Below, in pieces: positions 1 to 10,568 of a DNA stretch of 64,000 nucleotides. A program made the translations under genes and the position numbers. Under the pieces are notes generated by a model that saw only the letters and a program-made list of their open reading frames with translations, had not been told where the DNA came from and ran no database searches. How positions within the stretch are numbered: the stretch's first letter is position 1; the number at the start of each line of letters is the position of its first letter. Origin of the DNA: Amphiscolops sp. MND2022. Its lineage: Eukaryota. The stretch is from assembly GCA_964187785.1 (NCBI GenBank), contig CAXLNC010000480.1:186001-250000 (forward strand), written 5' to 3'.

Positions 1-790
1 CTTCCTCTTCTCTCCAATCGCAGCCTCAACACCTCTCCACAACAAAGAATTCTCAAAAACTTTCCATTTCAATTCTTCTATCACAATGACTTCTTCAGAT
101 TCTTCGATAGTGGAACTTCCGATTGCTTCCACTCGCCTTCGATCTCTCATTCTGAAAAGGCATTTATCGGCCTTATATACACAGATAACACAAGAAAAAA
201 GATCCACAACTAACGAAAATGATTCTCTTCAATGTATTCCAAATTTTCCAAATAAACAAGATAGATTTTGAGCAATACCTTAAATAGCATCAACCTCCCG
301 ATACATTCAGTCACAAATGTGATGCCATGACTCAAACGGATTACACTACTATCCGTCCGAAACCTTTCTTCAAAAATCTATTTAATAGACGCCGTACTTC
401 AGCAGAAAAGGACAAATTAGTATCCTACTGGCCATCGGACGACAATGATTCTACCGATTACGAACTTCAAAAAGGCCCTCCTGAAGCGATACTCCACCAA
501 AATTCTCCATATAAAACGTGTACTTACATCGCCTTCTAGGTCATCTTTCACCCGCAGATCACAGGTGACACAGCACACTGATACAGCACACCATCAACTG
601 TTTGGACCCATTGTTCGCCCATCAACGCAGAGGAGATTGCAGCAAAAACCCAACATCCATTCGCAATGAAGACCCCACAATGCCGACTTCACCCTCTTCC
701 AAATTGGTCCCACCATCGACTCAGTGAATGCAGAAGTCAAAAAGATCCATGAGAAGATAATATGAATAATAATAACATTAAAACAAGAAG
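1..790 (+). pseudogene. Possible degraded 3' end of a non-LTR retrotransposon (LINE ORF2 C-terminus)
   Basis: Broken plus-strand frames (VELPIASTRLRSLILKRHL...). PQCRLHPLPNWSHHRLSEC at ~677-730 resembles the C-terminal Cx2Cx7-8Hx4C motif of LINE ORF2, with the second Cys replaced by His. An (AAT)n/A-rich tail follows at ~765-805. Confidence 0.3.
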
Positions 791-2827
791 CATGACAAAA
801 AAACATTGTACTTGATTAGAATTTCAAAAACTTTTCAGTTCAAATATAATTATAGTAATACCTTTTATGATTATGATGCATTTGTGTAGTATAAAACATC
901 CCCCCGTATTTATTTGCCCTGATTTATAAAAATATTTACCCAAACCGATATTTATTTGCAGATTTTTAAAGAAATACTCCTATTATTTTTCGGTGCTATC
1001 CTATCCGTGTAACAAATTTATTATTATGTTAACAAAAATCTTTTCAGATTTCAACAAAATTCAGCCCAAAATTAGATCAAGCACATTGTTCAGATTCAAT
1101 TCGAATAATGACAAACCCACTTTCTCACAGATTTCAACATTTCTTACATAACAAACCTGCCAAAGTTGGAAACAACCTGAAATCTTTTCAGACAGTTTTC
1201 ATGATCATCAAAATTTTTATTAAAAATTTTTTTCATTGACTCTTTGACCTTCAACTCATATGATAATCGTTCACGTTTGTCCAATGCGAAGCTAATTCAA
1301 CAGCTTCAACAAAGGCATAAAATTGAGCCGCTACCAGTTCAAAAAACTAGGCCCGAAAGCATAGTGAAACAGACCACTTTGATGCCTTTGAACTAGAGTC
1401 GCACATATGAGGTCTAAGTTGTCACATTTTTGACAGACAACTCGAGGTCTACCATTGAGTCGAACTCTCGCCAAATTAAAAGAGACTTATGCCAATCATC
1501 CATCAAATGAAAAAAAATTTATACTAGCTGAAACGCTAAAAACATTTAAACAAAAAATTTTTTGCTTTATTTATTTGATATAATGTAAAATTTTAATTTA
1601 TTTAAAAACCGGGATGGATGTACTGACCTACATTAATAACCAACAATATTTAGATGTTTATAGAATGTTCTAGAATGTACATTTATTTATTATTGAATGA
1701 CTGTAAAACTCTACTTCTTCAGAGAGAGAAAACTGATAATCAGTGTTTAGTTGACTTCCTTTTCTAACTTCTTTCAACTTCCAAGCTTTATTAGAGTCAG
1801 CTAGCTAGCATCTTCCTAAGAACTTAAATCGGTACCAACTAGATAGACCAACTAAAAGACAACACTCTAAAAAGCAGCACACCACCCTAATTAGTTAACC
1901 CTAATTAGCAAGAGCTTTTCAAAGAAAGTTTTCAATCACTAAGTTCTCCTCACCTACGTAAACCAGAGAAATGAAATATTGCGCGTTTCAAAGGTCAGAT
2001 ACTGGAGTTTCATTTTTGTTCCGTGGGCCCTTGTCGCGGCGCACTTCGTTCTTTAGAAATTCCCGTTTGCAGGCACGCGGGACATGTAGTAACAACAGCA
2101 TATCATTTGGTTTTATTTCACAAGGTCTTGTTTTAAAAACATTTAGGATTGCTTCCATCATGCGTCGATAAAGTTGAAAAATATTCTATTTTGCCAAAAA
2201 GAGACTTTTTTGCAAGACAAACCAAACTTTCTTTCTCAGCAATGGGGAAAACATCAATGCTTTTCCTAATGCTCCTGCCGTTCCGACCAAATATGGTGCC
2301 AACAACCTGTTAGATAAACTCTGTGCTCAAGAAGATGATGGGCTTCTGGCAAAATGAATCGAAAGTTGAAAAAATGTATCCCCGTTTCAATGTATCCTCC
2401 GCTGTGCTCTTTAGGGTTAACTACGCCGCTATAATTTCTTTGACTGAAGTTTTCGATTTTTACTCTACAATTTTATGTAATCCTTCGAAACCTTTGGAAG
2501 CAACGTCTTGTAAACGAAAAATGACGCGTTTCTTCGTGCCCCAAGAACACCTCTTTTCGTACTCAGTTTTGGCCTATTATGTGAACCATTGCCTGGTTTT
2601 GTTTCGAACGGATCTGCTTCAAAACTAAAATATTTTACCAAACAATTTAAACTGTTTAATCAGTAATTTTTACACGAGTATTTAAGTTTTCTGCCTGAAA
2701 TTGTTGCAAACAACTCACATCACATGCTTAAATTTTAAATGCTTTTTGAGACCTACAGGCTTCTCCGTGGTGTGATATTTAAAAACAATACGCCTGTTAG
2801 GCACAGGGATTTTTTCTGCCTTTTTAG

Positions 2828-3017
2828 TTGACTATTTTAGTCATTTGACAATTTCAGTTACTATTAACTAAATGCGTCACTAGGTTGAATTTCCTGGAAT
2901 GAGCATACGTCACTAAATACGTCACTATGCGGGAATGAGATTTTGAGCATACGTCACTATGCGGATTTCACTGGAGCGAGCATGCGTCAAGAATAGTTAA
3001 GTAACTAAAATAGTCAA
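2828..3017. mobile_element. MITE-like element with 14-bp terminal inverted repeats and internal CGTCA(CTA) repeats
   Basis: TTGACTATTTTAGT (2828-2841) is the exact reverse complement of ACTAAAATAGTCAA (3004-3017). The interior has repeated GAGCATACGTCACTA-type units. No TSD recognised. Confidence 0.45.
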
Positions 3018-3370
3018 TAAGTGGATAAAGATCGTGGAGACTTGGCAGAATTTGGAAAAAATAGAGATTATGATTTTCGTCCACATTGTATGTCGGCGGA
3101 AAATAACAAGGCAGACTTGTTTAGACCTTGAAGTTTGCGATCCAATTTGGATGCGATAGCCAATCAAAGCAGCCGTTCGGGCGGCTCATTTCCAGCCCAG
3201 GACTGGTTGAAAATTGAAATGTTGGATTCTTCCCGAGCAAGATCCTAGAAATGATGATGCATTTCACAAACTTGGTCTTCGGACACATTATTTCGTACTA
3301 TAGACAAAAAGGTTCTATTTAGAGTCCCGTGAATAAAATCAATCTGTGGTGATTTTAATCGCCTGAAAAA

Positions 3371-3784
3371 GAGTCTACAGAACTCGGACGAGACATTTGT
3401 TCATTATTTTCTGTGAGAACCATGTCTTGGGGCGATTTTCGCATGTTTTATGGCCATTTTCAACTTCGGGGTTCGGCTGTAGACCACTGGACCTTTGGTC
3501 CACCGCGGTGAAATTAGCCGCTTTTGGGCCCTCGTGTGGCCCGCTAGACCATTGGTCTACCACGGTGTAATTGCTTGGTAAACCACGGTTTACCACGGTA
3601 AGCTCTCCCATGCTTACCTAACGTGTATTGAATAGAAGGTAGTACTTTATCTGTAATTGCGGTTGTGATCGCCTCCTGTATTTGGTAATTCAAGCTTTCC
3701 CTGATATCATTCATTTTCCCAGTCATTTGATTAGTATTTTCCTCGCAATCCTGGTTGTTTCAGTGGTCATTTCACTGTTTTCTC
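3371..3784 (-). repeat. Distal part of family B 3' LTR, carrying gag N-terminal coding sequence (split off by element A)
   Basis: Colinear with 35546-35934 (~90% by eye). Encodes ...IRESLNYQIQEAITTAITDKVLPSIQ.... Rejoins 21480 onward when 3785-21479 is removed. Confidence 0.85.
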
Positions 3785-4466
3785 TGTAACGACCGGCTAG
3801 CGACGCACATCTAAGAAGAGGGACAATGCCTAGGATGCTTAAACAGGAGACTGTTGTCTTACTACTTCGCTGGACACTAGTTTTTGTTCTCAAAATGGTA
3901 TCCAAGGGGGACTATTCTTTCGTCACAGGAGGCTCCTCTAGTTAGAGCTCCGAGGCGACGTGCCGGCACTCTCAAAGTCCAAACACGCCCCACAAGCCTG
4001 TAAAAACGAATCCTAAGGTTTCCAGCGTGTTCCCGCGATTCCTACATACTTCCGAGGTCCAAAAAGGGTATTTAGCTGAAATACATTATATTTCGGAAGC
4101 AAGAATTGAAATGAAGACCTAGAAGGTCAAACATCGTCTGAATTCTCAATAAATGAGAGTAAAACAAGGGGATAAGCCCCAATAACGTTACAGTTCACGG
4201 TGATGATAGTTTTGGCTTCTGAGATGTTCCATCTTTTGGCATCTTCTCATGGAGATGGCACATTCCATCAGTTTTTGGGCACTTCGCCATCATTTCTTTC
4301 TTTCTTGCGTTTCTCTTTATCTTTTTCTGATCTCCTTCTTCTCTTGTCATTCTTTTTTTTGCTCTGTCTTCGCGTGGGTTCTTTTTTTGCTCATTTTTCC
4401 GCACCTACTAGGTCGGCCATCTTTGTTGAACAATTTTGATTTCGCAAACTTCGAATTTACATTACA
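3785..4466 (-). repeat. Element A 3' LTR (~680 bp)
   Basis: On minus it begins TGTAATGT right after a purine tract (GTGGGAGGA) and ends CGTTACA. It shares ~270 bp with 21174-21479, which begins TGTAACGT on minus. Confidence 0.75.
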
Positions 4467-4475
4467 TCCTCCCAC
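4467..4475 (-). promoter_or_regulatory. Polypurine tract of element A
   Basis: GTGGGAGGA on minus immediately precedes TGTAA. Confidence 0.5.
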
Positions 4476-4530
4476 GGCCGTAGTTTGCCGTCCTCGGCAA
4501 ACGAGGGGATGCTCGTACCCAGAGGGTATC

Positions 4531-4976
4531 TGTGACGTTGAAGACCGCTTCTTTTGCACCAGGACTGGGTTTCATCAATCTAGTACGTTCAATTTCTAGC
4601 ATCTTTCTTTTTTGCAACAAGGTTAGTCAACTCAAAAGGCACCTGGTGAACTTGAGTACACGGCAATCAGTTTTAAAACTATTCTACAATCTTCTCAGTC
4701 TCAGTTAAAATCTTGTTTCTAAAATAGGCCCCCGCGCGGCCAGAGTAATACAACGAGTTAGTCTTGGTTATGGTTTTGAATTGTTAAACTTCCACCTGAA
4801 GCAGAAGGGTACCGACCCGGGACCCGCCCACTGGGATAAGCAAACTAAATATCTCATGAATCATATAAAGGTATAATTTAAAATCCGGTGTAAAGCACCT
4901 AATAAAGCAACACAAAGGGTTTTCTTCGTGGCACGAAATTCTATCAGTATGTTTTGGTTAACCGAAGTTGGTTACA
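4531..4976 (+). repeat. Solo-LTR-like insertion (~446 bp) in the 3' UTR of element A
   Basis: TGTGAC...GTTACA ends, a TATA-like CATATAAAG (~4862) and AATAAA (~4901). Flanks GTATC/GGATT match only 3 of 5. Confidence 0.5.
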
Positions 4977-5002
4977 GGATTTTGGTGGGCTTTCATTTAT
5001 CT

Positions 5003-8000
5003 TCATCTCTCTGGTTGGTCAGTGGGTAAGTCTTGCATTGGAATAGTATCCGCTGGCTCTGGGTTCATGACGGGGTCCGCTACCATGATGGGAGACAGAT
5101 CTGGATCGTCGATCGTCAGAAGGATGTTAAGTTCTGACTCTAAATCCTCAGCTTCCATTTGGGATATGTCTGTGTCGGGTTCATCTTGGGCAGGCGTACC
5201 GGCACCTGATAGGGTAAAATTATCGTCGGTCAGAGGCTCATCAGGCGGCATATCAGTGGATAGATTCTCTTGATAGCGATGGCCTGCTGTTTGGGTTTCA
5301 TAAATTTGTTTCTGGCGGTAGTGAGTGGGAACTGCCAGGGGCAGTTGCATTTGTTCGCCAGTGGCGTTACTCTTACTTCCCTGGGGGAGTTCAGGTAATT
5401 CATTGGCTAGTTCTTGGTGCACATATTGTGCGAATAGATGTTTGAAGGCTTGGATTCCTCAACCATAATCTTCGCTTACTAGCTGTCCTCGTTCTCTTTG
5501 CCAGCTATGCAGTTCGAGGAATATCTCCATCGCTACTCGAGGATTACTGGGGACTTCTGAGCTGATTGGCAGTGCCTTTCTGACTAGTTCTCGTGCAACT
5601 GAGGGCTCAGTTGTCTTCAAGCGTTGAAATACTTGGTGAACTGTTAGGTCCACACATTCTGGTCGTGACCAACATGTGGTTGCCTCCAGTATGCGGTCGA
5701 TATGAATACGGTGCTCTGCTCGTTTACAATACGTTCTCGAGGTGTCACGTATATATGGGTAGTGTAATCCGTTGGGCGGTTCACCCCTCTTTCTGCCACC
5801 CAATCATTGCACTATCGTGGCTAAAATACGTAGAACCACTGGCTCGTCCCATTCTGCAAAGGAACTTACCGCGTCCGTGCGTGGATCTATGGGAATGTGC
5901 AACCATGCAACCGCGTGGAATTCCATGGGCAATGGGAAGGCGCACCGCGCACGTGCCAGGATTATTGCCGTGAAGTACTTGTTTTCGGTCCTTAATCATT
6001 GTATAGGCCATGGGGGCCTGAGAGAAGAAAAGTTTTTCACAGCAGTTCGATACGTAGGACCCCGCTGGGATCCATTAGTCTTTACAAAATGCAAGATAGA
6101 TAATGTTGGGGTACTCGCAGCCACTCTTAAGGTTTGTGTGGGATTCCTCAAAGCCATTACTGCGCCGAAAATTGACCAAATGACGGGGGTGATCAGGGGG
6201 ATGAGGTCCTCCGTCTCTACTAGCATAAGCGTAGCCACTTGGGAGGGGAATAGAAAACCGGGTAGTTGCGTGGGCTCCCTGTTAACTGCAGGATTTTCAT
6301 CCAGGGGATGCATGATTCCAGCAGTACTAACCCACGTGGAATAGATCCATACCAAGAGTGCTTAAATGTTAAATTCTAGCTGCTCTCTTAATCGCAGAGG
6401 ACCCGCAGGGTCCAAGGCTTTCAAGATCGCATACAGCGAATAATAGGCAATTTTTTGATTTCGCGCGAATACTAGGAAGAATCTGAATAGACACACACTT
6501 CCCTTGTCGAACACTAATTTTTTTAGGTGCCCGGTGGCCCTCGGTATTTTGCTTGCAGGCCAACAGTCATTAGATACGCCTGGATTTCACTCATCGTGGC
6601 TCTCTCCATTGCCTCGACGTATAAGCGTAGTTGCTGTTCGTCCAAATTGTATTCTGCCTGCACAAAGTTGGGAAGCCGGAATGTCGAAATGCTATGAAGG
6701 AATACGGGAAAGGTTATACCTAGTCGCTCTGCGACTTGGCTCAGTGGCTCGGCTAATAGCTGATGCCACTTTTGATGTATCAGCTTTTGCTCTTTTTCGT
6801 TCTGGCGAGCAATGTCTTGGACTAGCACTATTAACAGTGCCAAAGTGGGAGATGCCATTCCTGGTTCTGCGTCCAATGCCGCTGCTGCCATAGGGAATAC
6901 GGTGGTGTTCATGCGGTCCCCTTTGATCGCTTCTGTAGTTTTGAACAATGCTGTCATCTCTTTCTGGAACTTTGTTTCATGTGTTTTCTCATCGAGCGTG
7001 GCCTCGTCTCTCATTTCGTACCATAGATAATGTATTAGGTATTCACGTTCATGTCCATTAGGGTCAAGGACCTGGCGCACGCCCATTTCATCTATGGATC
7101 GGTGTCCCATTTGCATCCCATAGTGAAATGCGGTTGCTTCATTGATCAGGAGTTGCGATCAGAATTCCCCTCGTAGCCGGTGTAGGCCTGTAGGGCCTTC
7201 GATATTTCCGCTAGGAATGCCGGTTAGGAAGTCTCGCAAGGGCGCCAGGTAGTTGCGCTAATTCTTAGATTCGGAGCCACCAGGTAAAAGTTCAAGTTTT
7301 TTGCATAGGCTGCCTCTAGAATAAGTACAGGAATTGCTGTATAGGTCTCGGCAGGAACATGTAGCCTGGAGGCGACATGAAGACTGTTCCGGTGGTAGGT
7401 TTTTTATTCTTCATTGACCTGGTGATGTTTGACATCACTTCCACGTAGGCTGTGACTTCATCCATGACTAATCGTTCAGTGAATCTCGAGTGTTCCTGTT
7501 CGAAGAATTTTAGCATCCCCGCAGAGCAAGGTGATCGAGTACATTGGAGTAAACTAATACGAGAGGAAGTGGTATGGTTTCTGCTGACGCTGGCGCGAAC
7601 ATCTTGTCTGTAACCTCTGCCATCTCGCTGAGCAAGGTGCAGAGCATATTCATCACTCGGACATCCAATAAATTGATGTTGGTGCTGTAAGATGACTTTC
7701 TGCTCGAATTTTTGAAGAGTGCTATTCTTGTCTTCTGTAACAAGTCTTTTCCCATGGGTAGGAGCGTGATTGGGTCCCTCGCATAGTTCTTGGTCTTCAG
7801 ACGTTCATATCGGTCTGGTCGCTGGTGCGTTAGTCTGTTGGGAGGCTGCAGAGGCTGTAGGTATGTAGACTTGTTCTTCTCCAACTCTTTTCGTAGGCGA
7901 TTGAACCATGGGCGATAACCGTCGACTGCGGATTTACTCTTTACTGAACGAGTATAGATTACCATAACTGTTGCCTTTTCAATTGTCTTTAGTGTGGCAG

Positions 8001-9070
8001 GATTTCCTTTACTGGTCGCTACTATAAACTTTTGTCGGAGGGGGTCTGCTTGTTCAGTGGTGGCGGGTATTTCACGCTGCAGACGCAGAGCGTCTTTGGC
8101 CGTTTCATCCAATTGTTGCTTCTCAGCGAAAGTGAGCCACTCCTGTGTCATTTTTTGCCTTCTCGCTGCCGGTTGAGTAGGTGAGGGAGTGGGGACTTCT
8201 TTGTTATTTGAACTCGATTGTTCTCCCAGATCTCTTGCACGCTTGCCTGTATTGATCTTGTCCCGCAAGTCTATGGGGGCTTTGGCGGCTTTGTTTTCTG
8301 CTTTTGTTGTTCGAGTTGACGTTTTTGCAATTGTGGGTCCTTTTGGAAGCCTACTATGCGCCTGGGCTCACTGCTAGGGGATTCATTTCTGGAGGTGGAC
8401 TGCGTCAGCGCATCATACGAGTCTTGGAATGTGACCGTCCTAGTAGAGCGTACTTGTTCCTCGCTTTGCATGGTGTTATCGGCAACTGCATTCACTTGCG
8501 CTTCTCCCCCTGGAAGGTGGAAGGAGGCATGAAGCTTGTGGATGGTTGAGTAAGTAGCCTAATGCCCTCGAATGCGAGAGGCATTGGGGGTGTTAGAATT
8601 GGTGGAGGTATTGTTGGTAAAGTACAGCTAAATTGTGTCGGTTCTAATGGTAGAGGGAGGGCATGGCTCGATGGTTGCATGGTTGCCGGGGAAATGCGGA
8701 GTGATCTTTTTGATCCATGGGAGGCCTACAGGGCTCGCCAAATACCACGTGGGATCTTGGATCAACCAAGTCGTGGGTCAAGTCGTACCCATGCCAGGTG
8801 CCGTCACGGAAGCTGGCGGAGCGCTCTAGCGACCCGTTACTGCTAGTGATGATGAGGAGAACGTCTGGGTGAGATGCTTGTGACTGCATTTGGGCAGTGA
8901 TCACGGCAAAGCCAGCAATCATTGTAGGGGTAGCCCCATTTTGGAGTTTGCTGAACCAGGACGAGTTCGTCAATTCGACCACCAATTTCGCCTACTGGCG
9001 GGATAGTGTTGGTGGCAATTTGTTCAGGAAGTTGATGCCGGGAGCTTTGCTGGTTTGAAGGTACTGGCAT
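5003..9070 (-). pseudogene. Element A ORF3: ~1350-codon accessory ORF in the env position, broken by stops and frameshifts
   Basis: Chain of minus-strand fragments 8843-9070, 8492-8680, 8271-8495, 7510-8268, 7316-7516, 6523-7116, then 5996-6355/5459-5803/5003-5422. The last three share one frame, separated by point stops. Confidence 0.7.
7190..7780 (-). other. SGNH/GDSL-hydrolase-fold-like domain within ORF3, catalytic residues absent
   Basis: Reconstructed across frameshifts: ITLLPMGKDLL (block I-like), LVLVYSNVLDHL (GxND block III-like), TGTVFMSPPGY, AAYAKNLNFYLV, TTWRPCETS*PAFLAEISKAL (DxxHP..GY..LA..I block V-like). Pattern recognition only. Confidence 0.5.
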
Positions 9071-9489
9071 TCAGTTTCGTGACGAAGCGTCCATCTTTGA
9101 TGAATGAGATAGCACCGAAGATGATTGATAGGATAAAGGCAGGAACGAAAGATGGTGAATTTGAATATCGGATATATCGTGTTGTATGGGAAGGCCGCGC
9201 AGAGGTGAGGCAACAGGACAAAAGTGAAAAGCAGGATACAATTCAGATTAAAAATGGTAGAGATCCAATTAACAGATACTAAACAAAGTGATATACAAGA
9301 CGCAAAATTATTAGATACACGGTGGTACGGTAAGCAGTATTTCGTAACGAGAGTGAATAAAAAAGTAGAAAACAATTTTTTTGTGTTAAAAACAAAGAGA
9401 GGGGATAGAAAGTGGAAAGGCTGCTGGCTTTAGAATCCCGGGGGCAGTAAGTTACTAGGTGCGGGAGATGATCGGTGTTACTGATGCTA

Positions 9490-9920
9490 TAGAGACGTAG
9501 ACTCTGCCGTGGAGAACTATTTATGAATGTCTTGATCTATGAAATGATCACGTAACGTATCATACCATGCCGGTAGCAAATTTATTGACCGCTCGGGATC
9601 ATATATCGGTAGGTGGATTCGCGTAATTCATTTTGGGTGAAGCTGGTGGAGCAGATGGCTGAGGCACGTGTGCAAGATTTCGTGTAAAAGCGGGTGTTTA
9701 TTGGAAGCTCTCCTTGAAAGATCTCATTGCTCCAAGGTGCCGTTGGTGATTTTGCCAGGCGCACTGCCGTGCCCACCGCTGGCCTTAATCTGAATATATT
9801 TTCCGGTCCATAATCTCGAATAACATAGCGAGCGGTTGCCGAGTAGGATACTAGATCTGCGGGACAACATAATACAACCTTTCCGGCCTGCAATAGGTCC
9901 GTTTTGGCATAGGTAATCCA
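9490..9920 (-). pseudogene. OARD1/TARG1 (Poa1p-like) macrodomain at the C-terminal end of element A Pol
   Basis: ITYAKTDLLQAGKVVLCCPADLVSYSATARYVIRDYGPENIFRLRPAVGTAVRL, then after a frameshift RRASNKHPLLHEILHTCL...K*ITRIHLPIYDPERSINLLPAWYDTLRDHF. This parallels human OARD1 as recalled (ITYVKGDLF...AHCISEDCRMGAGIA...KKRASHKP...VTDLSMPRIGCGLD). Confidence 0.65.
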
Positions 9921-10568
9921 ATTCGGCCTGGTTTTCTGTTGTGTTATTAGCCAGCCATTCGCCCGTGATATCACTACGATCGTCAACTGGTCGAGGCGCA
10001 AAGTGATCGAAGATCGCTTTGCAGTCTTGCCATATCGTAGTACGCAAGGGTCTATCGCCCATGTTGGTGCAAGACCATCGTGCACTATGGAGAGTGCTTC
10101 GAGCACCGTTATCGGTTTTTCGGGGGTATAGGTTTGCTGGTCCAAGACGTGTATCTCGGCTTGTCGGCAGAAAATGATTGCTATTAGTTGAAGCCAATGT
10201 TGACTCGGTTTTCCGCGGTAGATGTCAGCTAGATGGAAACAGATGGTGTGTTCAATCTCCACCACGGTACGAAGGTTTTCCAGACACATTAGTAAAGTTG
10301 TGGGGGACACGGGCGTTGTTTCGTCTAGGGAGGTGACCAGTATATGTCACCCGGAGGTGAAGCGATACGGTATTTTTCGCATAGCTGATGCGCGGTTATG
10401 CAGCAAATCATCTCAGTCTTTTCTTGGTTAGCGTTCATTTTGCCATTTTGCCGGTATGATGGCGGATAATGTAAATTCTAGACAGCCTCGGTCATGCTGT
10501 GTCCATTCCTTGAAACGATAATTGGGACAGTCTGAGGGCGAAGAGTCGTGCATTTACTTCAACGTGGC

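Noticed and set aside
1971-2640. Possible transposase or gene remnant on minus
   Set aside because: Coding-like patches, but many stops and no recognisable motif.
3785-4191. 407-bp solo LTR ending at ACGTTACA (4191)
   Set aside because: Homology with the right-hand repeat runs through this point, there is no TSD here, and a better PPT+TG boundary is at 4466.
4195-4404. Lys/Arg-rich ORF (also 21180-21377) as a gene
   Set aside because: It lies in low-complexity LTR sequence, and frames differ between the two copies.
5593-6893. Plus-strand ORFs opposite ORF3 (and similar ones opposite gag/pol elsewhere)
   Set aside because: Antisense shadows of long coding frames, with no independent motifs.
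5003-10310. DIRS/tyrosine-recombinase element or classical env
   Set aside because: No RHRY recombinase motif, signal peptide or TM anchor was seen, and the region is continuous with a DDE-integrase Gypsy.
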